The notes beneath the pieces were generated by a model. The model ran no database searches, was not told where the DNA came from, and worked only from the letters and a program-made list of their open reading frames with translations. Made by a program: the position numbers and the translations under genes. A stretch of DNA of 64,000 nucleotides from an uncultured Candidatus Rokubacteria bacterium (GTDB taxonomy: Bacteria > Methylomirabilota > Methylomirabilia > Rokubacteriales > DASRDR01): the NCBI GenBank assembly GCA_963826115.1, contig CAWGVS010000002.1, forward strand, positions 32,001 to 96,000, written 5' to 3'. Position 1 is the first letter of the stretch. Every line of letters starts with the position of its first letter. Below, one piece after another: positions 19,074-29,018 of the stretch.

Positions 19074-19682
19074 GTGAAGACGAACTTGACGCTCGCTGGC
19101 CTGAAGGAACTCCTGCTGCCGCGACGGCCGAACAGCGGCTCAGCAGCTATGACGGCGGTCCGGGCACGCGCGCTGGTCCTACCGCCGGAAAGCGCCATGA
19201 CAGGACGCGGCCCGAGCCTCGTGGAGTTCCTGCGGCAGGTCAGCCTCTTCGAGGACCTCGGTCGCCGGGATCTCGGGCGCCTCGCCCGGATCCTCCACGA
19301 GCGTCACTACGCCGATGGCGAGTACATCTGCGAGGAAGGCCGGCCCGGCGCGGCGCTGTTCGTCGTGCGGCGAGGGGTGGTCGAGGTCGTGCGGCGTGCC
19401 GGCGCCCCGGAGGTTCCCCTCGCCTTGCTCGAGCCGCCGGCCTCCTTCGAGGAATCCGCGGCGCTCGGGACCGGGGTGATTCGCTGGTTCTCCGTCCGGG
19501 CGCGTGGCCCGGTCTCGTTGCTGGCCCTCGGCAAGGCCGACCTCGATGCGTTGACCGCGAATTACCCGGTGCTCGCGAACAAGGTCCTCATCAGGCTGGC
19601 CGGCATCATGGCCATGCGACTGCAGATACTCATCGATGCTGAGACTGTCAAGACCGATGAGCCTGACGAGGGCAAGCCGTGA
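19074..19682 (+). CDS. cyclic-nucleotide-binding domain protein
   Basis: LRQVSLFEDL, YICEEGRPG.ALFVV..G.VEV, FEE.A....R..SVRA. Start may be 19197. Confidence 0.82.
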   Translation: MKTNLTLAGLKELLLPRRPNSGSAAMTAVRARALVLPPESAMTGRGPSLVEFLRQVSLFEDLGRRDLGRLARILHERHYADGEYICEEGRPGAALFVVRRGVVEVVRRAGAPEVPLALLEPPASFEESAALGTGVIRWFSVRARGPVSLLALGKADLDALTANYPVLANKVLIRLAGIMAMRLQILIDAETVKTDEPDEGKP

Positions 19683-20975
19683 CTCGCAGCGCACGCCCAA
19701 AGCCGGTGGGCGTCGTCATCAAGTGCGTCTTCATGGCGGCGGCGTTCGTGCTGACGGCCTATCTGGTCTGGGGACTGCGCAGCTTGATCGTGCCGGCAGC
19801 CGTGGGCGGTCTCCTCGCGTACATTTGTCGGCCCGTCGTCGCTCGCCTCGAGCGCGGGTGGATACCCCGCGGCCTGGCGGTCGGGCTACTGCTCGTCATG
19901 TTGGCCGTGGCCGGGCTCGTCGCCGCCAATAGCCTCCGCGCCGCCATGCCGAGCGAGACCGATGCGCTGGACCTGCGGGTTCGCGCGCTGCACGCCCTGC
20001 ACGATCGCTACCGGGCGCTGATGGGACGCGGGCCCTCGGGGACGGGAGGCAATTCCCTCTACCGGCTGGCGCACCGCGATCTCGACCCGTTGGTGGATCG
20101 CGTCAGTGAACTTCCTGGCCTTGACAGCCGAGGAACGGGCGCTGTTCCTCGCGTCACACGCGCGGGACGCCGACGCGACACCAGGTCGATCGACGCGCCT
20201 GCTCGAGTACGAGCGAGCCAATGCACTGGGGCTCGAGATGCCCGGCCGCCGAACGGGGCAGGGTGACCCGGGCCCGACGGCGTCCGCCGACGCCCGGCAG
20301 AGCCCCCCGCCGACCGCCGGGGCGCCGGGCGGGGCGGCCGAGCTCGGCCACATCCTGTCGAGCTGGATGATCATGCCCCTGATCTTTCTGTTCCTCCTGC
20401 GCGATACTGGGGACATCAAACGCGGCCTGCTCAGCGCCGTGCCGAATCGGCTCTTCGAGCCCGCGCTCGCCGTGCTGGCCGATGTCGACGAGATGCTGGG
20501 CGGGTACGTGCGCGGCATCTTCCTCGAATGCTGTGCGCTGGGACTGACCGTCATGGTGCTGCTCACCCTCGTCGGCGTCCCGCTCAGGTGGGCGATCGGG
20601 ATCGGGATCTTTACGGGCGCCACCAACGTGATTCCGTACATGGGCTTCGCCGCGGCATTGCTGGGTGGCCTCGGCTATGCGCTGCTGACCGAGGAGCGCC
20701 ATCCGCTGCTGCCGTTCGTGACGGCGGATACCTTCGTCCTCTGGGTCGTCGTGGCCGTGGCCGTCGCGGAGTTGCTGAAGAACATCGTCTACGAGCCCAT
20801 CGTGCTTGGCGGAGCCGTCCACCTTCATCCGCTCGTGGTAGTGATCGGGGTCGTGGGTGGCGGCATCCTGTTCGGCCCCGCCGGGATGTTCCTGGCGATT
20901 CCGACGATCACGGTCGTCAAGGTCGTCGTCGCCAGCACGGCCAGAAACCTCAAAGCGTACGGGGTGATCTCCTGA
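19679..20975 (+). CDS. AI-2E family transporter, frameshift near 20110
   Basis: N-terminal LLAYICRPVVARLER.WIPRGLA; C-terminal GYVRG, NVIPYMG, EPIVLG.AVHLHPL, GMFLAIP. Split between ORFs 19679-20266 and 20106-20975. Confidence 0.8.
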
Positions 20976-21222
20976 CGCAAACCCCCGCCTCGCGCGGATC
21001 CGGCAGCACCGTCTGAGCGCCAGGGCGACACCTATCCAAGGTCTTCCCGTGTCGGTCGTCGCCGACGACCGAGGGATGCTCGGCGGCCTCACCCGATCGA
21101 CCCAGGCGACACTCGTGCCGACCACGGAAGCTCGACGGGTCGGGGTGACGCGGCAACACGGTGGGACAGCTCTTCCCGGACGAACACCACGGCACACGCG
21201 AGTGCGTGGTGCCCAGTCGCGG

Positions 21223-23343
21223 CTAACCGCGGGGCACTTCGATGCCGTGACGTCTCAGGCGGCTGTAGAGCTGAAAGCGGGTGAGTCCGAGGAGCGCGGC
21301 CGCGCGCGACTTGTGGCCTTGCGTGCGCTCCAGCGCATCGATGATGGCCTTGCGTTCGAGCTCCTCCAGGGCCCCGGAGCCAGCGGCTGGCGGCGCCGGT
21401 TCGGGGTGCTGCGGCAGGGTCATCCGTTCCGCGGGGGAGTGAATGGCGAGGTGGGCGGCGGTGACAAGGGTCCCCTCGCACGTGATCAGGCCGCGCTCGA
21501 TGGCGTTCTGCAGCTCGCGGATGTTGCCGGGCCACGGGTGCCGCTGCAGCACCTCGCGGGCGTCGCGACTCAGGGCGACGTCTCCTTTCCCCATCCGGGT
21601 CGCCAGGGTCCGGACGAAATAGTCGGCGACGAGGAGTACGTCGTCCCCGCGGTCCCGCAGCGGGGGCAGGTGCACGTTGAAGACGGCCAGGCGGTAGAAG
21701 AGGTCGCTGCGGAACCGCCCGGCGGCCATCTCGGCCATCAGATCGCGATTGGTCGCCGCGATCAGGCGGACATCGGCCTTGAGCGTCGCCGTGCCGCCGA
21801 CCCGCTGGTACTCCCGCTCCTGGAGGACGCGGAGGAGCTTCACCTGCACGGCGGCCGAGAGCTCGCCGATCTCGTCGAGGAAGAGCGTCCCGCCCGCCGC
21901 CAGCTCGAAGCGCCCGGGCTTCTGGCGGTCCGCGCCGGTGAAGGCGCCCCGCTCGTGACCGAACAGCTCGGACTCGAGGAGGGTGTCGGGAAGGGCCGCG
22001 CAGTTGACCGCGACGAAGGCGCCGTCGGCGCGGGGGCTGGCATGGTGGATGGCCCGGGCGACCAGCTCCTTCCCCGTCCCGCTCTCCCCGGTGAGCAGCA
22101 CGGTGGCCTCGGTCCGCGCCACCTGGGCGGCCCGGGTGAGCGTGTCGCGCAGAATGGCGGACCGGCCCATGATCTGGTTGAACCCGTACCGCTGGTGCAG
22201 CTCGCTCTGGGCGCTCTTGAGACTCCGCTCGAGCCCCCGGGCGCGGCGCTCGACGGAGGCCAGCCGGCGCTGCTCCTCGGCCAGCCGCTGGTGCTGGATA
22301 CCGATGACCACCCGGTCGGCGACGACCGTGGCCACCTCGATGTCCACGTCGTCGTACCAGTGAGGCTTGCGCTTGCCGAAGAAGAGCGCGCCCCCGACCT
22401 CGTCGCCGAAGTGCATCGACACCCAGAGGCACGAATGCAGGCCCACGGCCAGCAGGGCGCGATCGCCCGCGTAGCGTGGATCGAGTTCGGTCGCGGTCTC
22501 GCCGACGAGGACCGGGCGGCCCGCCCGGACCCTGTCGGAGACAGAGTAGTCCTTGGTGGAGAGCCGGTCGACGCTGGGATCGGGCGGCTCGCCCACGGTT
22601 CCGAACAGCTCGAATTCCGGGCTGTCGGGCTTAAAGAGGATCACTCCCATGGCATCGAAGTCGAGCGCAGGCCGGATGGCCTCCCCGAGGGACGCGAGGA
22701 TCTCGCGAACGTGCAGCGTGGTCCCCAGGATCTGTGTGATGCTCTTCAGCAGCTCGACGCGGTGCCGGCGCCGCCGCTCCCGGTAGAGCAGGGCGATGGT
22801 CTCGATGAAGGGGCCGATCAGGCGCCCGACGCCGCGCAACCGCTCGACGGGAACGGGGCCGTAGACCTCCACGACGCGACTCGCCGCGCTCAGCGCGCCA
22901 ATCACTCGGTCGCCACTGAGAAGCGGCACGCAGACCGCCGACGGCAGTCCAGCCGCCCGCAAATCGTCCCGGTGGCGAGCGAAACGCGGATCGGCCAAGA
23001 GGGCCGAGGGGGGGACCATATCGCCGTCGAACACGGCGGCGAGAGCCGAGTCGGCGACGGGGAAACACGCCGGGCGGTCCAGGTCCGTGGTGTAGCGGTC
23101 CGTCGGCGGCAAGAACCCCGAGCCGCCGTGTTCGGCGAACACCGAGAACGTCCGGCCGTCGGCGGCAAGGTACCCGATGCCCAGACGATCGTGGGGGACG
23201 AGCGGGCGGAGGGCGGTCGAAAGGTCGTCCAGGAAGGCCCGCGGCTGAAACTCCGCTTGAAGCGCCCGCGCGACGGCCGCGAGGCAGACGAGAAGATCTG
23301 ACTCCAGTGGCGGCGGTCCGGTGCCTGGCATGGCGGCATCCAT
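21223..23343 (-). CDS. sigma54-dependent enhancer-binding activator with two GAF domains (NifA/FhlA-like)
   Basis: [41 protein letters not shown]-terminal Fis HTH. Confidence 0.95.
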   Translation of the reverse strand: MDAAMPGTGPPPLESDLLVCLAAVARALQAEFQPRAFLDDLSTALRPLVPHDRLGIGYLAADGRTFSVFAEHGGSGFLPPTDRYTTDLDRPACFPVADSALAAVFDGDMVPPSALLADPRFARHRDDLRAAGLPSAVCVPLLSGDRVIGALSAASRVVEVYGPVPVERLRGVGRLIGPFIETIALLYRERRRRHRVELLKSITQILGTTLHVREILASLGEAIRPALDFDAMGVILFKPDSPEFELFGTVGEPPDPSVDRLSTKDYSVSDRVRAGRPVLVGETATELDPRYAGDRALLAVGLHSCLWVSMHFGDEVGGALFFGKRKPHWYDDVDIEVATVVADRVVIGIQHQRLAEEQRRLASVERRARGLERSLKSAQSELHQRYGFNQIMGRSAILRDTLTRAAQVARTEATVLLTGESGTGKELVARAIHHASPRADGAFVAVNCAALPDTLLESELFGHERGAFTGADRQKPGRFELAAGGTLFLDEIGELSAAVQVKLLRVLQEREYQRVGGTATLKADVRLIAATNRDLMAEMAAGRFRSDLFYRLAVFNVHLPPLRDRGDDVLLVADYFVRTLATRMGKGDVALSRDAREVLQRHPWPGNIRELQNAIERGLITCEGTLVTAAHLAIHSPAERMTLPQHPEPAPPAAGSGALEELERKAIIDALERTQGHKSRAAALLGLTRFQLYSRLRRHGIEVPRG

Positions 23344-23694
23344 GCGGCTGCTCTGGCGCCATTCTACTCGACGCTCCTGCTGCTCTACGACCCCCGAACT
23401 TACTCGGTTCGACCGCTATCAGCATCACAGGCCGCCGCGCATCTCGCGGCTCGGACCGTGCGTGACCACCGAGTGGACGGAACGTCCGTTCCCCAACTGG
23501 ACTCCGAGCGCGAGACAGGCCCCGGCCGGGTTCAGAAAGACATCCCGCCGGAACCCCGCGTCCGTCGGAGGCGACCGAGCGTCCGTTCCACGTCCCGCTG
23601 ACTCCTGCGTCCCCTCAGCCTTTGCAGCAGGCAAGGATAACGCCCGCCTTGGCGGGGCCGAGGCCGTGAGTTCGGATGCCATTCCGTGCGTCAA

Positions 23695-23732
23695 TGTGTG
23701 AGTCCACACGGCGGTCTGTGCGGAATCGCACA
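23695..23732 (+). promoter_or_regulatory. tandem TGT-N10-ACA enhancer-like palindromes
   Basis: TGTGTGAGTCCACACG (23695) and TGTGCGGAATCGCACA (23717), 22 bp apart. Downstream sigma54-like CGGCGTGCCGTTTGC (23812) and TGGCATCCGTCCTGCA (24076). Confidence 0.6.
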
Positions 23733-24323
23733 GAGGACCTGTCGCTCGCATCGCCATTCGGGCAGCCAGCTACGGATTTCCTTTTTGCCGTCGCGCGCCT
23801 CTGCCACCATCCGGCGTGCCGTTTGCCTCCGGGTGCCAGTCAGAATCGCGGAGGACGGAGAAGCGATGATGCGAGAGAGTTCATGATCCGAGACGTGAAC
23901 GTAGCGACAGGTGACGTATCCGACAGCGCCACAGAGGCGATCGAGACGGCAGCCCGGTGGGGCGACGGCGCCTCAGCTGGGTCAACGCCGTCCCAAGGAG
24001 ATCCGAGCGGTGCGTCGTCGCCGGGGGATGGGCGTCCGAGTCGAGCACTTGGCCGACGTCGGAGCCCGCATGACGTGGCATCCGTCCTGCACTCACCAGA
24101 AGACTGGAGGATAGATGCCGAGCCCAATCGTGGAAAGGGCGCGCCCTGACGTCCGGCATCTTGGCCGCGGACGTTCCGTGGTCGGAGCAGGGCTTCGACG
24201 AGCGGCACGCCGAGGCCGGTCGCGGCCGAGGGGCTGCAGGGATGACGCGGCCCGGGGACGGGACCCTCCGCTCGACCGGCATGTGCTGCCCGTGACCAAC
24301 GACGACCTTGAAGGGGGAGAGCC

Positions 24324-25124
24324 ATGAACAAGATGATCGTGACCGTGTTCAACGACGAGAGCAGCGCCTACAAGGGCGTCAACGCTCTCAAACAACTTCA
24401 CGCGGAGGGTAGCCTGACACTGTATGCCACCGCGGTCATCGCGAAAGACGCGAAGGGCGTGGTCGGTATCAAGCAAGCGGCTGATCAAGGGCCGCTCGGG
24501 ACTCTTCTCGGATGGGCGACCGGGAGCCTCATCGGGCTGCTCGGCGGCCCGGTCGGTCTGGCCGTTGGAGCCGTGACCGGCACGGCCGCGGGCTCGCTGT
24601 ACGACCTGGCGCAGCTCGGCGTCAGCGAGGATTTCGTGGCTGAAGTCTCGCGGTACCTCTCGCCCGGCAAAGCGGCCGTCATCGCCGAGGTTGACGAGGA
24701 GTGGATCACGCCGCTCGATGCTCGCATGGAGCCGCTGGGCGGGGTCGTGTTCCGCCGGTCGCGCGGGGAGTTCATCGACGCGCAGATCGAGCGAGAGATC
24801 GCAGCCTCCAAGGCGGAGCTCGCCAAGCTGGAGACGGAGTACAGGGAGGCGGGGGCGGAGGCCAAAGCCAAGCTCAAGGCGAAACTCGATGCCGCTCAGA
24901 ACCGTCTCCGGGCGCGGCGCGATCTGCTGAAGGAGAAGGTCGAAGCCATCCAGCGCCAAAACGAAGCCAAGGTCAAGGCGCTGCAGGAGCAAGCAACGCA
25001 GGCGAAGGGTGAGATGAAGGCGCGGCTGGACAAGCGTATCGCTGAGGAGCGAGGCGATCACCAACTGCGGATGGAGAAGCTGAGCAAGGCTTGGCAGCTC
25101 ATCAAAGAGGCGGCGGCACTCTGA
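24324..25124 (+). CDS. DUF1269-like glycine-zipper membrane protein with C-terminal coiled coil
   Basis: MNKMIVTVF..E..AY.G..AL..LH.EG, GSLIGLLGGPVGLAVGA, EVDEEWITPLDARM. Confidence 0.8.
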   Translation: MNKMIVTVFNDESSAYKGVNALKQLHAEGSLTLYATAVIAKDAKGVVGIKQAADQGPLGTLLGWATGSLIGLLGGPVGLAVGAVTGTAAGSLYDLAQLGVSEDFVAEVSRYLSPGKAAVIAEVDEEWITPLDARMEPLGGVVFRRSRGEFIDAQIEREIAASKAELAKLETEYREAGAEAKAKLKAKLDAAQNRLRARRDLLKEKVEAIQRQNEAKVKALQEQATQAKGEMKARLDKRIAEERGDHQLRMEKLSKAWQLIKEAAAL

Positions 25125-25231
25125 ACCCACACTCACGACTCTCGACGGTACTCATCCGCTGATTCCATTGGTGTGCTGAGCCAGTGTGCGGTGAGCGGAT
25201 GAGCGCCGCCGAGTCAATGGGAGACACAACC

Positions 25232-25525
25232 ATGAGAGACGGAATACTCGACAAAGTACCGGAGGTCGGTGTCGCGGCGGCTCAGCTTGGAGCGGGGGTC
25301 GAGCGCGTGAAGGACGCGGTCGCGGATGCGCTCGATGACCGAATCAACGCGACGAAACGCGCGGTCAAACAGGGCCGCCGCGCGGTCGAAGACTTGGTCG
25401 ATGACGGCGCGTATCAGGTCAAACGGCATCCCGTGGGCGCGCTCGGCATCTCGTTTGCTATCGGCTTGGGATTGGGAGCGGTGATCGGCACTCTGCTGGC
25501 CCACGACAGAAACGGCGGCAAGTGA
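25232..25525 (+). CDS. YqjD/ElaB (DUF883)-like membrane-anchored protein
   Basis: Amphipathic N-terminus then VKRHPVGALGISFAIGLGLG transmembrane tail. Confidence 0.7.
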   Translation: MRDGILDKVPEVGVAAAQLGAGVERVKDAVADALDDRINATKRAVKQGRRAVEDLVDDGAYQVKRHPVGALGISFAIGLGLGAVIGTLLAHDRNGGK

Positions 25526-25688
25526 GACGACCCAGCGGAGGCAGGCGACGATCGTCTGCCTCCGCGCGTGAACGTAGATCGGATGAAGTGGCTGACCCCC
25601 ACTCAACGTGGTGGCAGATGCTGCCCCACAGCGTAGGACCTGGCGCCGAACGACATTGAGGAACGGCCTGAACGAGAAGGAGAACTCG

Positions 25689-26246
25689 ATGCTCCAGACG
25701 CTGGCACAGAACTGGTGGGCGATCGCGCTGCGGGGACTGTGCTCCGTGCTCTTCGGCGTCAGCGCGTTCGTCTGGCCCGGGATCACGCTGACGGTCCTCG
25801 TCCTCTTCTACGGCGCCTATGCGCTCGCCGACGGAGTGCTTGCGGTGGCATGGGCCGTGATGGGACGGCAACGTGGCGAGTTTCCCTGGGGAGCCTTGCT
25901 GGCTGGGCTGGCGGGCATCGCCATCGGGGTCATCACCTTCGTCTACCCGGGACTCACCACACTGGTGCTCGTGTACCTGATCGCGGCCTGGGCCCTCCTC
26001 CGGGGAGTGTTCGAGATCATCGCGGCCGTCCAGCTCCGGCACGAGCTCGAGAACGAGTGGTTGCTCGGCCTAAGCGGCCTCCTGTCCATGGTCCTCGGGT
26101 TCTTGCTGTTCGTGGCCCCGGGCGCCGGAGCCATGGCGGCGCTGTGGTGGATCGGCGCCTTCGCCATCCTGTTCGGCGTCTTGACGATGATCCTCGGCTT
26201 CCGGTTGAAGGGGCTGCAGGACCGGGTCGCCCGTCGGACAGCATAG
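25689..26246 (+). CDS. HdeD-family acid-resistance membrane protein
   Basis: NWWAIALRG...FG..AFVWPGIT..VLV.FYGAYA..DG, LR.E...EWLL.LSG; AAGGAG RBS. Confidence 0.88.
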   Translation: MLQTLAQNWWAIALRGLCSVLFGVSAFVWPGITLTVLVLFYGAYALADGVLAVAWAVMGRQRGEFPWGALLAGLAGIAIGVITFVYPGLTTLVLVYLIAAWALLRGVFEIIAAVQLRHELENEWLLGLSGLLSMVLGFLLFVAPGAGAMAALWWIGAFAILFGVLTMILGFRLKGLQDRVARRTA

Positions 26247-26362
26247 ACAGTAAGCGCCTAACACTTTACTTAGGATTCACCGTCTTTCCCCTCGGCCGCG
26301 CCGACAATTTCCCCATGCATGGCACGCATCCGGCATTGCTCGAACCGAAGCGATCGGCCGTC

Positions 26363-27268
26363 GTGACGTGCATCCTGAACGACGCGGCGGGATCCGGTCA
26401 CCCGGAACCGGTGCGCCAGCGGCGCCGGGAGGCGGCCGTGGAGCAGCTGACCCGCATCGCCGGCGAGCACGGCGTGCGGACGAAGATCCTCCGGGCCCGC
26501 GACGGCACCGAGCTGCTCTCGTTCGCCACGCAGGCCGTGAGCGACAAGAGCAATCCCGTGGTTGCCGGGGGCGGCGACGGCACGGTGAACGCGGTCGCCT
26601 CCAAGCTCATCGGCACCGGCACGGCGCTGGGCGTGCTCCCGCTCGGCTCGCTGAACCATTTCTCCAAGGACGCCGGCATTCCGCAAGACGTCGAGCAGGC
26701 GGTGACCAATATCTTCACCGGACGCGTGACCGCCGTGGATGTCGGCGAGGTGAACGACCGGATCTTCCTGAATAACTCGAGCCTGGGCACCTATCCCGAG
26801 GTCGTCCGGATGCGCGAAGAGGACCAGCGCCACGGCCACAGCAAATGGGCGGCGCTCGTGCACGCCTGGGTCTCCGCCTTGCGCCACGACGCGCAGCTGC
26901 ACATCCGGCTGCGGGACGGGGGAGAGGAAGCGGTGACCCCGCTGCTCTTCGTGGGCAACAATCGCTACGAGATCGTCGGCCTGAAGGTCGGCTCGCGGTT
27001 GGCGCTCGACGCCGGCCATCTTTGGGTGTGCGCCGCGCCACGCGCGAGCAGGATCGAGCGGGTGCGCATGGGCCTCCGCGCGCTCTTCGGCCGGATCACC
27101 TATCGCGATCTGAACGCCCGCGATGCAACGGAGTTCACAGTCTACGCCCGGGAGCGCAGCCTCGACGTCGCGACCGACGGTGAAGTGACCGCGATGACGC
27201 CACCGCTGTACTATCGCTGCCGGCCCCGCGCCCTTCTGGTCATCGTGCCGAGGGCGAAAGGCGCATGA
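26363..27268 (+). CDS. diacylglycerol/lipid kinase family protein (YegS/DAGK)
   Basis: N.AAG, AGGGDGT, LPLGSLNHF, FLNNSSLG, FVGNN.Y, DGE. Start uncertain (26315 or 26363). sigma54-like TGGCACGCATCCGGCA at 26320. Confidence 0.88.
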   Translation: MTCILNDAAGSGHPEPVRQRRREAAVEQLTRIAGEHGVRTKILRARDGTELLSFATQAVSDKSNPVVAGGGDGTVNAVASKLIGTGTALGVLPLGSLNHFSKDAGIPQDVEQAVTNIFTGRVTAVDVGEVNDRIFLNNSSLGTYPEVVRMREEDQRHGHSKWAALVHAWVSALRHDAQLHIRLRDGGEEAVTPLLFVGNNRYEIVGLKVGSRLALDAGHLWVCAAPRASRIERVRMGLRALFGRITYRDLNARDATEFTVYARERSLDVATDGEVTAMTPPLYYRCRPRALLVIVPRAKGA

Positions 27269-27891
27269 GCATGGAGCACTGCGGGCGCATCGCCGTCATC
27301 GTTCTCACGTCGATCGCCGCAGCACTCTTCGGCTGGTTGGCGGTCGCGAGACGGTCCGGCGCCACGCTGGAGTTCGATCTTGGGGTCCGCGCTCGCGTCC
27401 ATGACTGGGCCTCGCCGCCGATGACGGTGATCGCGCGCAGCCTCACCGTCCTGGGTTCACCGATCTTCCTCTCGGTGCTCTTCGGGATCGCGATGCTGGT
27501 GTTCTACCGCCTCGAATGGACGCGGCCGGCGATCATCGTGGCAGAGGTGATGGCGGGGGCCATCGTGTGCAACATCGGCCTCAAGTCCCTCATCCAGCGC
27601 GCGCGCCCCGAACCGTTCTTCGGTCTGAATCCGTCGAGCTACAGCTTCCCGAGCGGTCACGCGTTGTACTCACTCTGCTTCTATGGCGTGCTCGCGAGCG
27701 TGCTCGCGACGCACGCGCCGGAGCGGGCCGCGAGGATCGGGATCTGGGGCGCGGCGGCGCTGCTGATCGTGGGGATCGGGCTGTCACGCGTGTATCTCGG
27801 CGTCCACTATCCCTCGGACGTGATCGCCGCCTATCTCAGCGCCGCGTTCGTGATCGGCGCGGTGCTCGCGTTCTCGCCCGGCTGGTCGTAG
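27265..27891 (+). CDS. PAP2-family membrane phosphatase
   Basis: KSLIQRARP, SFPSGHA, SRVYLGVHYPSDV; ATGA overlap with the kinase. Confidence 0.93.
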   Translation: MSMEHCGRIAVIVLTSIAAALFGWLAVARRSGATLEFDLGVRARVHDWASPPMTVIARSLTVLGSPIFLSVLFGIAMLVFYRLEWTRPAIIVAEVMAGAIVCNIGLKSLIQRARPEPFFGLNPSSYSFPSGHALYSLCFYGVLASVLATHAPERAARIGIWGAAALLIVGIGLSRVYLGVHYPSDVIAAYLSAAFVIGAVLAFSPGWS

Positions 27892-28074
27892 TCGACCGAC
27901 GGGGCTCCCAGCATCGAGGCACATCGCCATCGGGGCGCGGGCGCCGTTGCGTCGCTCACCGGCCAAGGTTCCATCTCGCGAACGCGTCGGGGATGGCCGA
28001 TTTCCACTATGCCCGAAACTATGCCCGCGACCGCCCCTCACAGGCCCAAACCCAGCCCCCGCCAGCCAAGGGCC

Positions 28075-28116
28075 AAAAGAAAAACCCCTCGGTAAGTCCG
28101 CGACTTACCGAGGGGT
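28075..28116 (-). terminator. intrinsic terminator downstream of the orphan tRNA 5' half
   Basis: Perfect 15-bp stem acccctcggtaagtc / gacttaccgaggggt, followed on the minus strand by a T-rich tract (TTTTCTTTT). Confidence 0.75.
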
Positions 28117-28132
28117 GTCAATCTACCCGCCT

Positions 28133-28175
28133 GCTTGACAGGCCAGTGTGCTAACCAGGCTGCACCACGACCCCG
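28133..28175 (-). repeat. att site: 5' half of tRNA-Asp (nt 1-42, through the anticodon loop) plus one flanking base
   Basis: 43 bp identical to 15612-15654. Confidence 0.95.
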
Positions 28176-28181
28176 CATTGC

Positions 28182-28210
28182 AGATTAGCTACTTAGCGAG
28201 CATCGGTCAA
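28182..28210 (-). promoter_or_regulatory. sigma70-type promoter upstream of the orphan tRNA 5' half
   Basis: TTGACC-N17-TAATCT on the minus strand, 7 nt before the tRNA-like 5' end. Confidence 0.7.
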
Positions 28211-29018
28211 GGCCGAAGGGACGTCGAAAACAACGTCCGCTCTGCTCTTGATGCACACTGTCCTTTCGGCCAGCGATTTTCTCAACCGGCTCCGCAGAGG
28301 CGCCGGTGCAACTCTGGCTAGGGTGGATCGCCTACGCCAGCTCGGTGATGTAAAACGTGATCGCGATTCAAGGGTGGATTCGGGTCGCGCCCACTCCCGA
28401 CTTCCTGCTCGCAAGGGATCTGCAGAGTGGCCTGACGTCGTGGAGACGCCTACGCCTCGCGCACCTGTCCCCGGATCAGGACGGTCACAACCTACAGTGG
28501 TTGTGGCTCCAAACCGGATTCGAACCCGGCTTGAATCGCGATCACGCTTTCGCCAATGATCTCGTCACGTTGCAGGCGGTGCAGCCCGAGAAATGGTACG
28601 GGACTCAAACCTCAGCATGCTAGGAGGTCGGACAAAGTACGGGCAAACTCACACACGAACACCCTACATTCCAATGGTTTACTGGCGCTCCCGGCATCTG
28701 AAATCCCGGGCGCGGCGCTCAGACCAGGATTGGCCGCGCCCGCATGAATCAGCAGCCGCGACTGAAGGAGGCACGAGCCATGAGGGACATCCTGACCTGC
28801 ATCACCGCCATCGTCCCTGGGCGCATCGGGGCTGCCCATTCGCAGACTCCATCCTCAAAGACGCACACGACCGTCGGACACGCGCGCGTACCAGGAAGGT
28901 CGCTGGACAGCCATGCCCGAGACATCCCACCGTTTCGTGCGGTCCGCGGAGACGGGCTACCGTCTCACCATCCGAAAGCGGCACGGACTGGGCGGTTGGC
29001 TCGGAGTGTGACCCCAGC

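Larger units (their letters stand above)
15612..28175. mobile_element. ~12.5 kb genomic island bounded by a 43 bp direct repeat of the tRNA-Asp 5' half; no integrase inside
   Basis: 15612-15654 is identical to 28133-28175. CTATGCCC tandem arm-like repeats at 15747, 16373 and 28007. TA module at the tRNA-proximal end. Confidence 0.8.
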
